DNA from: Candidatus Omnitrophota bacterium
GTDB taxonomy: Bacteria > Omnitrophota > Gorgyraeia > Zapsychrales > Fredricksoniimonadaceae
Reading direction: 5' to 3'
Length of the DNA stretch: 64,000 nt
NCBI GenBank assembly: GCA_903860135.1
Contig: CAIOPG010000008.1
Span: forward strand, 64,127-128,126
Under the pieces are notes generated by a model that saw only the letters and a program-made list of their open reading frames with translations, searched no databases and had not been told where the DNA came from. Position 1 is the stretch's first letter; every line of letters begins with the position of its first letter. The position numbers and the translations under genes were made by a program. Positions 18,938 to 29,362 of the stretch are shown one piece after another.

Positions 18938-19024
18938 TCACAGCCCCAACTTCACATACACCGGCCTGTGGTCCGACCCCACATCAGGGCCTGTCCGGCG
19001 TTCCAGCACGGTGAAATCTTTCAT
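18938..19024 (-). pseudogene. C-terminal stub of an endonuclease/exonuclease/phosphatase (EEP) family gene
   Basis: MKDFTVLERRTGPDVGSDHRPVYVKLGL*; GSDHRPV is the EEP terminal motif. Confidence 0.5.
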
Positions 19025-19031
19025 CAGCAAC

Positions 19032-19370
19032 TCACCCCACTAAATTCGCCGCATGTTCGACGCAGTCGGCGCACGTTAGTTTGCCATTGGCCCGGATCTC
19101 GCGGCATGTCACGGCGCCGGCCTCTTTCATGAAATGCTCCTCTATAGCCGTTTCTTTGTTCAGCGACTTCATGGCAGATGCGGTTAGGGCCGCATACACC
19201 GCCCCGCAATACCCGCCCGGCGCGCGCCCGCCCCTGGCCCCGGCCATGGAGCCGACAAAAGCCTCATCGAGCCCCAACGGTTCGCGCAAGGCCTCTGCCA
19301 CGGCTTGGGCACACCCCAGCCGCGCCACCCCTTGCCCGAGATAATGTTTTCTTGCTGTTGATCCGACCAT
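19032..19370 (-). CDS. C-GCAxxG-C-C family (putative redox-active) protein
   Basis: GCAQAV...GGYCGAVYA...VTCREIR...CADCVE. Confidence 0.8.
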   Translation of the reverse strand: MVGSTARKHYLGQGVARLGCAQAVAEALREPLGLDEAFVGSMAGARGGRAPGGYCGAVYAALTASAMKSLNKETAIEEHFMKEAGAVTCREIRANGKLTCADCVEHAANLVG

Positions 19371-19371
19371 G

Positions 19372-20610
19372 CTACACCGCCTTTTCTAATAATGCCGCCA
19401 GATGCCGCGGGACTGAGGCGCGGATATGAATTGTATTAGCGAGGTAATCCATACCTGAGATGGACCCTTCCTCGTGAACCCTGTTGACAAGGTCCATGCG
19501 AGTCATGGGGATACGGACATCAACGTCGACAACACGTCCGCCAAGTTCATGGTCAATGATGCGCAACAGACCGTCCATATTGATCTTGCCGCGGGCGGAG
19601 ATAACAACGGCATGACCGTATTCTTTGCGGATCGCCGAAACAAGTTCCGTGTCATTGACGGCATCGATCTTGTTGAGCACAAGGATCGTGGGCTTGGCGA
19701 GAGCGCCCAATTCCTCGAGCACCTTGTCAACACTGACTTTCAACGCACGGTGTGATGGGTTGCTGATATCGACAACATGCAACAGAAGGTCCGCGCTCTC
19801 GACCTCTTCGAGTGTTGCCTTGAAGGCTTCAATGAGATTATGCGGCAGGTCGTGCATGAACCCGACGGTATCCGAAAAAACAACCTTCTGGTGACTCGGC
19901 ATAACATGCTGACGCGCCAGGGAATCAAGGGTTGTGAAAAGCCCGTTACGGATCGTCTGGTGCGACCCGGTGAGCGCGTTCAAAAGAGTTGATTTGCCGG
20001 CATTGGTATACCCGACCAGCGAAATGAGCGGGATATGCTGGCGTTCACGATTCTTGCGTTTGGTCATGCGCCCCTGGGTCACGTCTTCCAGGTCTTTCTT
20101 CAGCCGGTCAATGCGTTCGCCGATACGGCGACGATCAGATTCAAGTTTTGTCTCCCCCGGGCCCAGGGTGCCGATGCCGCCGCCCTGGCGTGACAGATCA
20201 TTGTAATTCCCCGTTAGACGCGGCAAACGATACGCCAGCTGGGCCAATTCCACCTGCAATTTACCTTCCTGGGATACCGCCCGACGGGCAAAAATATCCA
20301 GGATCAGCTGGGTGCGGTCAAGGGTCTTCACCGCGATGGCTTCTTCAAGATTGCGCTGTTGCACGCCTTTTAATTCCTCGCTGAAAATAACCGCCTGGGC
20401 TGCAAGCGCCCGCGCATGCGCCGCCAACTCCTCGACCTTGCCGCTCTGGATCAGGGTCGCCGCCGTCGGAGGGCTTGCCGGGCAAACAAATGTCCCGACC
20501 ACCTCACCGCCGCAAGCCTTGACCAGCTCCGCCATCTCAAGGGATGTCTCCGGGATCGGCCATCCCCCACTGCGCCTGAAATCTACGATCGCTAAGATAA
20601 CTTTTTCCAT
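19372..20610 (-). CDS. hflX: GTPase HflX
   Basis: DRTQLILDIFARRA, GPGETKLE, GYTNAGKST, DTVGF, NKID. Confidence 0.96.
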   Translation of the reverse strand: MEKVILAIVDFRRSGGWPIPETSLEMAELVKACGGEVVGTFVCPASPPTAATLIQSGKVEELAAHARALAAQAVIFSEELKGVQQRNLEEAIAVKTLDRTQLILDIFARRAVSQEGKLQVELAQLAYRLPRLTGNYNDLSRQGGGIGTLGPGETKLESDRRRIGERIDRLKKDLEDVTQGRMTKRKNRERQHIPLISLVGYTNAGKSTLLNALTGSHQTIRNGLFTTLDSLARQHVMPSHQKVVFSDTVGFMHDLPHNLIEAFKATLEEVESADLLLHVVDISNPSHRALKVSVDKVLEELGALAKPTILVLNKIDAVNDTELVSAIRKEYGHAVVISARGKINMDGLLRIIDHELGGRVVDVDVRIPMTRMDLVNRVHEEGSISGMDYLANTIHIRASVPRHLAALLEKAV

Positions 20611-20612
20611 AA

Positions 20613-21524
20613 TTAACCCCTGATCTGTTTATATATTCTGTCTGCCGTTGCGCCAGGCGTTTCATCCGGTGCCAGCGTCAGCCATTCGATCCGTTTATCC
20701 TTGCGGAACCATGTCATCTGGCGTTTCACATAATGCCGCGTGTGCAATTTCATCAGATATCGGGCATGGTCGATAGCATAAAGCCCGTCGACAGCCCCCT
20801 TGACCTCCGGCAACCCGATGATCCGCGACCCGGTCGATGACAACGGCAATGCCAACAATGCCTGGACCTCCTCAACAAGCCCGCCCGCGAACATGGCATC
20901 GATCCTCGCCTCCGCCCGGCGATATAATTCTTCCCGCGGCCGTTCAAGGCCGAAGATCCGCACCGCATACTTCCCCCAGAAACCTTTGCGCTGCTGCTTG
21001 GCCTGTGAGAACGGAATGCCGGTGGCTTTATAAACCTCGAGCGCCCGCGCCACACGCCGAACATTGCCCGGCGGAATGGCCGCAGCCGCTTCAGGGTCAA
21101 CCCGTTGTAATTCGGTGTAAAGGTCCGTTGGATCTGCCGCTAGCAGCGCAGCCCTCAGATCAGGGTTGACTTCCCCCTCAAAGAGCCCGTCGAGCAGGGC
21201 CATCATGTACATCCCGCTACCGCCAACCACCAGCGGCACCTTGCCCCGGGCATGAATGCCCGCCACCGCCGCAGACGCCAACGCACGATAACGCGCCGCG
21301 CTGAATGCTTCGGTAACAGAAACAACGTCAATCAAATGATGCGCGATGCGCTGTTGAAGATCAAGGGAAGGTTTATCGCTGGCAATATGGGCTTCCCGAT
21401 AAACCTGCATGGCATCGCAGGAAACGATCTCGGCATTAACCAATGCCGCCAAGGCCACGGCGATCGCGGATTTCCCGACAGCTGTCGGCCCGACGATGAA
21501 AATAACAGGCAGACGATCAGTCAC
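20613..21524 (-). CDS. miaA: tRNA dimethylallyltransferase
   Basis: GPTAVGKS, DAMQVY, VGGSGMY, YVKRQMTWF. Confidence 0.96.
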   Translation of the reverse strand: MTDRLPVIFIVGPTAVGKSAIAVALAALVNAEIVSCDAMQVYREAHIASDKPSLDLQQRIAHHLIDVVSVTEAFSAARYRALASAAVAGIHARGKVPLVVGGSGMYMMALLDGLFEGEVNPDLRAALLAADPTDLYTELQRVDPEAAAAIPPGNVRRVARALEVYKATGIPFSQAKQQRKGFWGKYAVRIFGLERPREELYRRAEARIDAMFAGGLVEEVQALLALPLSSTGSRIIGLPEVKGAVDGLYAIDHARYLMKLHTRHYVKRQMTWFRKDKRIEWLTLAPDETPGATADRIYKQIRG

Positions 21525-22279
21525 GGATAAATACGCGTCGGGTAACCCAAACCGGAAAGTTTAGTCTCCAGGGCAAGGGCATCCTTCAAAGCCGTTGTCC
21601 GCCCCACACGCACACGATAAAAAAGCCGCCCGTCCGGGGCTGTCGTTGCGACGATGTAGGCATATTCCCCGCGGTCAAGGAGATCGCGCGTTAGCCGTTC
21701 CGCCAGCGCCTTGTCAAGAAAAGCACCCACCTGGACCGTGAAATACTGCTTCTCTTCGAGCAATTGCCGGGCCAGCCTGCCTTCGAAACTCTTAGGGTAA
21801 TCATGGACGATCTTTTGAAGGAAATCCTGCGCCTGGGCCCAATGAGCCAGCCTGAGACTGGCCCGCGCAGCCTTGAGATAGATCAATCCCAGCATCTCCG
21901 AACGGGGACGCCTGCCCATGAGCGACAACGCCTCCTGGAGCGCCTGCTCATAACGGCCCTGCATATAAAGCGCGTCGATCACGCCGATGTATGCCTTTTC
22001 ATATATTTGATCGGAGGGGCGCTCATTGACCACCTGTTTAAACGCGTCATACGCCTGCGGGTAATCGCCCAACCGCAAACGGCTCAACCCCAAATAATAC
22101 CCTGCGTACGCGGCATCATGGCGCGACAAATACCCCTTACGCGCCCCCTTGGCCAATGCCCCGGCTTTCTTGTAATCTTCCTGGATAATGGCCGCCTCAA
22201 TATCGGCCAAAGGGCTGGTGCGGGCCAACGCCGTCAACGGCACAGCCACCATGATCAGGCAAAACAGCATGCGTTTCAT
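21521..22279 (-). CDS. exported TPR + SPOR domain protein
   Basis: Signal peptide, TPR-like repeats, C-terminal YFTVQVGAF...YRVRVG. Confidence 0.85.
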   Translation of the reverse strand: MKRMLFCLIMVAVPLTALARTSPLADIEAAIIQEDYKKAGALAKGARKGYLSRHDAAYAGYYLGLSRLRLGDYPQAYDAFKQVVNERPSDQIYEKAYIGVIDALYMQGRYEQALQEALSLMGRRPRSEMLGLIYLKAARASLRLAHWAQAQDFLQKIVHDYPKSFEGRLARQLLEEKQYFTVQVGAFLDKALAERLTRDLLDRGEYAYIVATTAPDGRLFYRVRVGRTTALKDALALETKLSGLGYPTRIYP

Positions 22280-22729
22280 GAGTTTCCCTCGTTAAACGAA
22301 TACATAAGATATTATTAACTATACGCACACAAGGGAGTCTGTCAACGAAAGTTTAACCCGCACTTTTCAATAAACAGAGGTAATGCGGGCTGAATCCGGG
22401 GTTAGAAGGAAGAAACAGGGGCGACAGAGATTCGGAGGGAACTACAGTTTGGTGGATTCGTCATTACGGGAGGGCCCTGATCACCCCTGAATTCAATTGG
22501 GAAATTTGGTTTGAAACGATCCCTCACTCCCCTCCCACAACCAACCTAATAGGCTGACCACCTGCTAAAGTATGCACTAAAACCATAAGAAAATCAATGG
22601 TTAGAAACAAAAATTATCGAGGAATAAGGAAAAGTTCCTGTTATCGACGGATCGATGTGATTGATATTCAGCGTTTTATGAATCATGTTGAAAACTTTCG
22701 GTTGAAAGACACTCCAAAGCCAGCCAAGA

Positions 22730-23050
22730 TCACTTCCCCAATATCACCGAAAGACCTAGGAATTCCGAAAGACTTGCCAGCGGCTTAACGCCCATGATCA
22801 CCGGTGACACGCCGGAGGCGTTCTGCAGACGGGCAAGCATGGCAGGGTCGAGGTTGAATTCAATCGCCGGGCCATGGCTGTTGGTGGTCATGTTGATTTG
22901 GGAGGGATTGAGGTCGATACCGCCGGAGTGATTTACATTCATACTATTAGGAACATTTTTCGATGGTAATGCTTCAGGCATATTAATAACTTGCGTATAC
23001 AAATTAATTATATTGGGAAGTGATAAATCTCCTTTAAACTCAACATCCAC
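22730..23050 (-). pseudogene. C-terminal fragment (cargo end + GGIDL tail) of a polymorphic family gene
   Basis: GGIDLNPSQINM...DPAMLARLQNASGVSPVIMGVKP homologous to the tail of 6239-10021; frame broken upstream at an A7 run. Confidence 0.75.
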
Positions 23051-23134
23051 ATACTTTGATCGTTTCTTATAAATCGAAGGATAATAAAAACGAATTTTTT
23101 TCCATCATCAGAAACAAACTCTTTGGCAACCGTT

Positions 23135-23983
23135 TCAATAAATAATCGTAACGCAGGACTGCCCTCCCCACGCTAGCGCGGGGGCGGGTGATAATTGGTT
23201 GATGCCCTGGGTCGCTTGCGTATCCGATAAAAAAGGGCGGGTCATGGCCCCGCCCCTACGTGAGAATTCATCATTTTCTGCGGTGGCCTTATAATCGGAC
23301 TCCAACATTACCTTTAACCTGGATTCAACGACGTAGGCGGCGTCTTGGTGTTCGTAGACGGTGGCTTTCTCGGGGGTGATCCAGACTTTGTTGAAGGTGG
23401 CGACGGGGATATCCGTGGTGCCGTAGCGTTTTAAGGCTTCGGCGTAGACTTTAGCCCAGAATTCCTTGCCGACTTTATCGTCGGGATAAATGACGGATGC
23501 GGTAATTTGTTTAAGAATATAATCCTGCGCCAAAAGGTCGCGGCCCATTTCGGTCTGGCCAAAGGCTTCGGGCACAATGCGGTCTTTTTCATACGGACTT
23601 AAATTCACCCACAGGTCTTTCTCGGGAACCGTGAGCGAGGCGAGAAAATATTTGATCAGGCGCAGGGAATCCCCTTCAGCCTTCGCATCCCCTTTATCCA
23701 AGATAAAATCAAAGCGGAAAGGGTCGTTCCGATACACCTTGATGCCCTTTAAAAGCGGCGGGGCAAAGACCGGGCTCAAAGCCAGGCGCGTACCCGGCGC
23801 GGGCAATGTCACCTGCGCATAAAGCCGTGCATCCGGCATGATCAATGCCGTGATCAGGATGCTGGCGATAAACTTATATAGTTTTACCCTGAAATTATAC
23901 AAAATTATCCCTCTATTGATATAAATGAACCCAACCTTAATGATAAAGATAACATATATAAGCGAATGCAATATGTTGGACAA
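23135..23983 (-). pseudogene. N-terminal fragment of the same polymorphic family gene
   Basis: Signal peptide-like KFIASILITALIMPDARLYA; KYFLASLTVPEKDLWVNLSPYEKDRIVPEAFGQTEMGRDLLAQDY; ends shortly after KVMLESDY. Confidence 0.8.
23235..23259 (-). repeat. GTAG-type REP-like palindrome inside a reading frame
   Basis: Minus strand GTAGGGGCGGGGCCATGACCCGCCC, translated as RRGGAMTRP. Confidence 0.6.
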
Positions 23984-24063
23984 ATTGGCAATTGAATTGA
24001 CAATTTGTCCAGTGCAGGAAATCTTGGGGAATGCTTTATGATTAAATCAGGGGAAATAAATCT

Positions 24064-24489
24064 TCAATCACGCCCTGCATCAAACGGGTTAACAATCTTG
24101 ATACCTTCATACAGGCACCCGACACTAAAATCTTCGCTCAGGATCTCGTCGGCCTTGGCTGACCTAGCTGCCGCGATGATCAATGAATCCCAAAAAGACA
24201 GCTTCAACCGCGACTTCAATCGCATCCCTTCGGTCAACAGCGCCGCATCATTAACAACAACATTCCATTGAAGCAAGTCTTCAATAATTTCTGCTGCCAG
24301 GTTTTCCGAGACACCCTTCCTGACAAAATTAACATAACACTCCTGCAAAACCTGAATACTGATGCTCGGCGGAATCGCTTGTCCCCATAATGATTTAAGG
24401 ATGCGCACCGCCATCGTGTGCCGCGCCCCCGCATCAAGGTCATAGGCATAAATGATTATATTGGAATCAACGAACACCTTTTTACTCAT
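24064..24489 (-). CDS. PIN domain toxin (VapC-like)
   Basis: VFVDSNIIIYAYD, QVLQE, LSFWDSLIIAAA, ILSEDF. Confidence 0.9.
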   Translation of the reverse strand: MSKKVFVDSNIIIYAYDLDAGARHTMAVRILKSLWGQAIPPSISIQVLQECYVNFVRKGVSENLAAEIIEDLLQWNVVVNDAALLTEGMRLKSRLKLSFWDSLIIAAARSAKADEILSEDFSVGCLYEGIKIVNPFDAGRD

Positions 24490-24709
24490 AAATATCAGCC
24501 CGGCTTAACGGCTTGCCGCCCAGATGAAACCCTTGCTTCAGGCTTGCCAATGCCCGTGCCCTTGCGCGCTGGTGATCATCTGACGCTGATACCTCAGAAG
24601 CAATAAGGTCACTGACCCATTGGGAAAGCGATTTATTATAAGCAACAGCCTTGTATCGCGCCTTATGCAAAAGCTGTGCATCCAGTCTCAATGTGATATT
24701 CTTTGTCAT
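24482..24709 (-). CDS. ribbon-helix-helix antitoxin (DUF6364/CopG-like)
   Basis: MTKNITLRLDAQLLHKARYKA..SLSQWV; overlaps the PIN gene. Confidence 0.8.
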   Translation of the reverse strand: MTKNITLRLDAQLLHKARYKAVAYNKSLSQWVSDLIASEVSASDDHQRARARALASLKQGFHLGGKPLSRADIYE

Positions 24710-24789
24710 GAATTCATCCTCCTCAGACCAATATTAGCACATTTTGTGTGCAGAATAAAGGCGGATAGGGATCAATGCTGCTTTGTTCT

Positions 24790-25014
24790 TTACATAACAG
24801 CATGAAAATGTTGCGCCACCAAAACCTTGACAACCGCCTGACGCGTAATGCCAAGACGCCCGGCCTCTTTATCCAGTGAATTCAACATCCACACAGGAAA
24901 ATCAACATTAACCCGCTTGATCTCCTGCCCACCACGTCTTGTTTTAGCAAGATCCAAATGTGTTGTCACATTTTTACCTGCATCAAAAATAGCATCAAAT
25001 TCTTTAGCTTTCAT
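24790..25014 (-). CDS. BrnA/CopG-type antitoxin (orphan)
   Basis: MKAKEFDAIFDAG..HLDL..KRVNVDFPVWML..LDKEA..GITRQAVVK. Confidence 0.8.
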   Translation of the reverse strand: MKAKEFDAIFDAGKNVTTHLDLAKTRRGGQEIKRVNVDFPVWMLNSLDKEAGRLGITRQAVVKVLVAQHFHAVM

Positions 25015-25048
25015 AAATAGCCCTCTCTTCTGGCCTTGCACGGCGCAT
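25004..25048 (-). pseudogene. C-terminal tail of a BrnT-like toxin
   Basis: MRRARPEERAIYES* overlapping the antitoxin start as in brnT-brnA pairs. Confidence 0.5.
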
Positions 25049-25052
25049 CTAT

Positions 25053-25793
25053 TCAGCGCCCGAGAGATTTTAGGTAGTCGTCGATGACATTGTTGTGGTC
25101 AAAGGCGCAAGGGGTGGTGCGTAAGGCGGTAAAGGGAATGATGCGCAGGGCTTGGGCGTCGTCTCCGGCCTGGGGGTTGCCGATGCCTTTGGCGGTAAAG
25201 ACGGTGGTGACCGTATGGAAACGCGGGTCACGGGACGGGTCGGAATAGATGTGGAACTGCTTTAGATCTTCCAGGTCCATGCCCGTTTCTTCCTTGGCTT
25301 CACGCCGGGCAGCGGTTTCAAGGCTTTCCCCGCGGTCCACAAAACCTCCGGGCAAAGCCCAGCCAAAGGGCGGATTGGTGCGCTCGATCAGGATGATCCC
25401 TTCGCCAACCTCAATGATGATATCCGTTGTCACGTAAGGCCCCCAGGCAAGGTCTTCCATGATATGGCGCAGGTAACCAAAGACCTGTTTTTCAAAAAGA
25501 CGCAACATATCATCTGTCGGCAACGTAATAACAATTTCTTTAAGAATGCTGTCTGTCGCCGCCTCACGGGCAACACGTAAAATTTCCTGCGACATGATTT
25601 TAGACGACGCGATCAACGGGAATCCGACATCACACCCCACCGCCGGAAGGGCTAGCACCGGCAATGCGGCATTCTGGACAAAAAATCCCGCATAAGCCGC
25701 ACGCACTGTATGTTCATTGACCCCTGCCCCGATAACAACAGCCGGGACATGCCCCTTGACGATCGAAACCTTGATGTGGCGCACCATGATCAT
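25053..25793 (-). CDS. NUDIX hydrolase with an N-terminal partial macro-like domain
   Basis: Nudix box [23 protein letters not shown] and SRDPRFHT; N-terminus [22 protein letters not shown]. Confidence 0.85.
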   Translation of the reverse strand: MIMVRHIKVSIVKGHVPAVVIGAGVNEHTVRAAYAGFFVQNAALPVLALPAVGCDVGFPLIASSKIMSQEILRVAREAATDSILKEIVITLPTDDMLRLFEKQVFGYLRHIMEDLAWGPYVTTDIIIEVGEGIILIERTNPPFGWALPGGFVDRGESLETAARREAKEETGMDLEDLKQFHIYSDPSRDPRFHTVTTVFTAKGIGNPQAGDDAQALRIIPFTALRTTPCAFDHNNVIDDYLKSLGR

Positions 25794-27223
25794 GACGTAA
25801 CCGCCTTTCTGACAAATTCCAAGGCCTGTTCTTTGGTCGTGATCTTGCCCAAATGCTGGGCCTCTTCGACCTGCTCAAGCCACACGGCAAAATCCGGCCC
25901 GGGCTTAAGGCCAAGCACTCGGATCAGATCATCCCCACCGAGCAGACGCACGAACGGTTTTTCCTTCTTCTTCTGAAAATACTGCCGCATCAACGGCAGG
26001 CAGATAGCCTGCATATGCGCAAGGTCCCCGTCGGTGGTCAAAGGGCCGCGCGTGGCGCGCTGATCAGCCAGGCACAACAAAAGGATCGCCGCCGCCTCAT
26101 CTTTGGCATCACGGAAATAACGGAAAACCGCCTTGTCCGACGGCCGCTTGAAATTGGCCAGATACCCCGGGCGCAAATGCAAGGCCACCATATCTTCGAG
26201 GGCGTGCCGTTCTTTCGTCGAAAATAATAATTGCCGGGCCATGATCTGCACGATCCGGCGCCCCACATGTTCATGGCCGTGAAAACTGGTACGCCCGCCC
26301 GGTTCTTTCTTCATGGTGTCCGGCTTGCCGCTATCATGCCACAGGCAGGCCAGCTTGAGGAGCGCGCCGCGCCTGTGCCCTCCGGCGATCTCCTCGTCGA
26401 GATAAGCCTTAAGGTCAGGCTCAGCGGCCAGTTCAACCAAGAGCTTTTCGAGCTGAACAAGCGTTTCGAGCGAATGCTTCCAGACATCCAGATGATGATA
26501 CCCCCCCTGCACCACGCCATACATCACCCGCACCTGCGGCATGACCATAAAAAGCACCCCGTCGCGGTCCATGGCCTTGATCACCCGCGCCGCTCGCGGG
26601 CTCTGCAATATCTTGAAAAGTTCTTCGCGCACGCGTTCGGGAGATACCGCCTTAATCAAGGAACATTCCGCCTTAATGCGCGCCCTGGTCAACGGCTCGA
26701 TCTTGAAACCCAGCTGGGCCGAAAGGCTGTAGGCACGCAATATCCTTAAGGGATCTTCCTTAAACGCTGCGGCAAACGCCATGCGGATCACCTTCGCCGC
26801 GATGTCCGCTTTCGCCCGGGGATGGGCGATGACACGCAAAGGTGTCTGATGCAGCTGACCGTCGATACCGGAAATATCCGCCGCAAAAGTGTTGATCGTA
26901 AAGTCCCGGCGCCGCAAGTCCCCCCGGATGGTCGTAGCCCGCAGGTCAGCAAAGTCATACGTCCATAACCCGTCAGGCCGTTTACGGACCACACGGCCAC
27001 AGCCATGGTCAGCATCGAGAAGGACAAAAGCCCCGCGTACCGCCCTGGCAAAACGCCGCGCCAGCGCCACAGCCCCCGAGGAGACCGCAAAGTCAAGGTC
27101 GCGCCCAGACCGCCCGACCTGGGCATCGCGTAAATAGCCGCCGACGAGGAAAACCTGTGTTTTCCCCCGGCGGAGCATTTTTTGTAATAACTGGAGTTCG
27201 GGTTGATCAGGCAGGAACAGCAT
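25790..27223 (-). CDS. cca: CCA tRNA nucleotidyltransferase / poly(A) polymerase family with HD domain
   Basis: [38 protein letters not shown]. Confidence 0.88.
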   Translation of the reverse strand: MLFLPDQPELQLLQKMLRRGKTQVFLVGGYLRDAQVGRSGRDLDFAVSSGAVALARRFARAVRGAFVLLDADHGCGRVVRKRPDGLWTYDFADLRATTIRGDLRRRDFTINTFAADISGIDGQLHQTPLRVIAHPRAKADIAAKVIRMAFAAAFKEDPLRILRAYSLSAQLGFKIEPLTRARIKAECSLIKAVSPERVREELFKILQSPRAARVIKAMDRDGVLFMVMPQVRVMYGVVQGGYHHLDVWKHSLETLVQLEKLLVELAAEPDLKAYLDEEIAGGHRRGALLKLACLWHDSGKPDTMKKEPGGRTSFHGHEHVGRRIVQIMARQLLFSTKERHALEDMVALHLRPGYLANFKRPSDKAVFRYFRDAKDEAAAILLLCLADQRATRGPLTTDGDLAHMQAICLPLMRQYFQKKKEKPFVRLLGGDDLIRVLGLKPGPDFAVWLEQVEEAQHLGKITTKEQALEFVRKAVTS

Positions 27224-27226
27224 CGG

Positions 27227-27631
27227 CTATGCGTCCGTACCAAGGACCTGCGCAAAGATCTTGTTCTCGATGAAGATCGGGATATTCATGCGCACGGACA
27301 AGGCAATGCCGTCGGACGGCCGGCAATCTATCAGCACCTGTGCCCCTTCCCTGTTCTTCAAACACAGTTTGGCAAAGAATGTCCCTTCAAGAAAACCATC
27401 AATGAAAAGATGTTCCACTTCGGCCTCCAACGCTTTGATCACCGCCGAGAGAAGATCATGCGTCATGGGGCGCGGGGTCGTGACACCGGCGATGCACATC
27501 TGGATGCTCGACGCCTCAACAAAACCGATCATGATCGGGATCAGGCGGCCGCCGTCCTTCTCGCGCAGGACAACGGCCTGGTCATGATTCTTCTCGTCGA
27601 TAATGATCCGTGCCAGCTCAACCCTGATCAT
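27227..27631 (-). CDS. bifunctional nuclease family (DUF151)
   Basis: PIMIGFVEA, PRPMTHDL, DCRPSDGIAL. Confidence 0.92.
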   Translation of the reverse strand: MIRVELARIIIDEKNHDQAVVLREKDGGRLIPIMIGFVEASSIQMCIAGVTTPRPMTHDLLSAVIKALEAEVEHLFIDGFLEGTFFAKLCLKNREGAQVLIDCRPSDGIALSVRMNIPIFIENKIFAQVLGTDA

Positions 27632-28101
27632 GCCCGCACCTTTTCTTTCTCGCGCTCAAGGATGACCTTGATCTCGTTCATGAAATGATTCACGTCGCGG
27701 AATTGACGGTAAACAGAAGCAAAACGCACATAGGCCACTTCATCCAGGTCGTAAAGCCTTTCCATGATCTGCTCGCCGATCACGGTCGCGGCCACTTCAC
27801 GGTCATAGCGCTTCTGAAGTTCCCGCTCGATGTCCATGGCAATGTTCTCGATCTGGACAATGCTGACCGGCCGTTTTTCGCAGGCCTTGATCATGCCGTT
27901 AATGATGCGCGCGCGGTCATACGCCTGGCGCCGGCCGTCTTTCTTGATGATCATCAGAGACACATGCTCGATATATTCGTGCGTCGTAAAACGCTTCGAA
28001 CACTTCAGGCACTCCCTACGGCGGCGGATAGATGAACCTTCCGCGTTCATGCGCGAATCGATGACCTTGGTCTCTTTATACTGACACGCCGGGCATTTCA
28101 T
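27628..28101 (-). CDS. nrdR: transcriptional repressor NrdR
   Basis: MKCPAC..VIDSR..IRRRRECLKC, ATP cone, VAYVRFASVY. Confidence 0.97.
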   Translation of the reverse strand: MKCPACQYKETKVIDSRMNAEGSSIRRRRECLKCSKRFTTHEYIEHVSLMIIKKDGRRQAYDRARIINGMIKACEKRPVSIVQIENIAMDIERELQKRYDREVAATVIGEQIMERLYDLDEVAYVRFASVYRQFRDVNHFMNEIKVILEREKEKVRA

Positions 28102-28104
28102 GTA

Positions 28105-29349
28105 TCAGGCAAGCCCTGGATAGATCGGAAATTTCTTTGTCAACGCCGCGACACCCGCGCGCACCTTGTCAAGCGCTGGGGCATCATCACGGTGGATAAT
28201 GGCCTCATCGATGAAACGGGCGATCTCTTCCACCTCCGCCTCGTCCATGCCGCGGGTCGTGACCGCCGGTGTGCCGATACGGATGCCGCTGGTGACCGCC
28301 GGTGCCTGGGTATCAAAAGGAACAAGATTTTTATTGACCGTGATCTTGACCGTATCCAGGAGCGTCGCGGCATCCTTGCCGGTAATATTCTTGGGGCGCA
28401 GGTCAACCATGAAAAGATGGTTATCCGTCCCGCCGGAAACAATGCGGAAACCGCGCCGCTCGAGTGCCGCGGCAAAAACCTTGGCGTTGCGGACAACACG
28501 TTCCTGGTACGCCTTGAATCCGGGAGCAAGGGCTTCCTTGAAAGCCACGGCCTTGCCGGCAATGACATGCATCAACGGGCCGCCCTGAATACCGGGGAAA
28601 ATGGCCGCATCGATTTTCTTGGCAAATGCCTGACGGCACAGGATGATCCCGCCGCGCGGGCCACGCAGGGTCTTGTGCGTCGTAGAAGTAACAAAATCAG
28701 CATACGGCACCGGGCTTGGATGAAGCCCCGCCGCCACAAGCCCCGCAAAATGAGCCATATCTACAAAAAGGTAGGCACCCACCTTATCGCAGATCTCACG
28801 GAACCGCTTGAAATCCAGGACGCGGGAATACGCTGAATACCCGGCAATGATCATTTTAGGTTTATGCTCGAGCGCGATACGCTCCACCTCATCCATATCA
28901 ATGCGCTCGGTAACCGCATCAACTTTGTAGGAAACAATATTATAAAGGCGGCCGGAAATATTGATCTTCAATCCGTGCGTCAAATGCCCGCCGCAAGCCA
29001 GGTCAAGGCCCATCAGGGTGTCGCCGGGCTTGAGGGCCGCTAGAAAAACGGCGGTGTTCGCCTGAGAACCGGAATGCGGCTGAACATTGGCATGATCCGC
29101 CCCGAAAAGCTGTTTGAGACGGTCAAGGGCCAGCTGTTCCACGGCATCAACGTGCTCACAACCGTTGTACCAGCGCGCCGCGGGATACCCTTCGGCATAC
29201 TTGTTGGTCAGAACCGAACCCATGGCCTCGATCACGGCTTCGGAAACGATATTCTCCGACGCAATAAGTTCAAGGTTCTCCTGCTGACGCCCAAGCTCCG
29301 CCTGAATGGCATTAAAAATTTCCTGATCCGCTTGTTGAAGATATGACAT
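28105..29349 (-). CDS. glyA: serine hydroxymethyltransferase
   Basis: [28 protein letters not shown]; start MSYLQQAD. Confidence 0.97.
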   Translation of the reverse strand: MSYLQQADQEIFNAIQAELGRQQENLELIASENIVSEAVIEAMGSVLTNKYAEGYPAARWYNGCEHVDAVEQLALDRLKQLFGADHANVQPHSGSQANTAVFLAALKPGDTLMGLDLACGGHLTHGLKINISGRLYNIVSYKVDAVTERIDMDEVERIALEHKPKMIIAGYSAYSRVLDFKRFREICDKVGAYLFVDMAHFAGLVAAGLHPSPVPYADFVTSTTHKTLRGPRGGIILCRQAFAKKIDAAIFPGIQGGPLMHVIAGKAVAFKEALAPGFKAYQERVVRNAKVFAAALERRGFRIVSGGTDNHLFMVDLRPKNITGKDAATLLDTVKITVNKNLVPFDTQAPAVTSGIRIGTPAVTTRGMDEAEVEEIARFIDEAIIHRDDAPALDKVRAGVAALTKKFPIYPGLA

Positions 29350-29362
29350 ACCTGCTCCGTTA

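Noticed and set aside
22280-22729. 450-bp intergenic region as possible ncRNA, or the 63-aa ORF 22597-22788
   Set aside because: No recognisable RNA family, strong structure or coding signal by eye; an Rfam search would be needed
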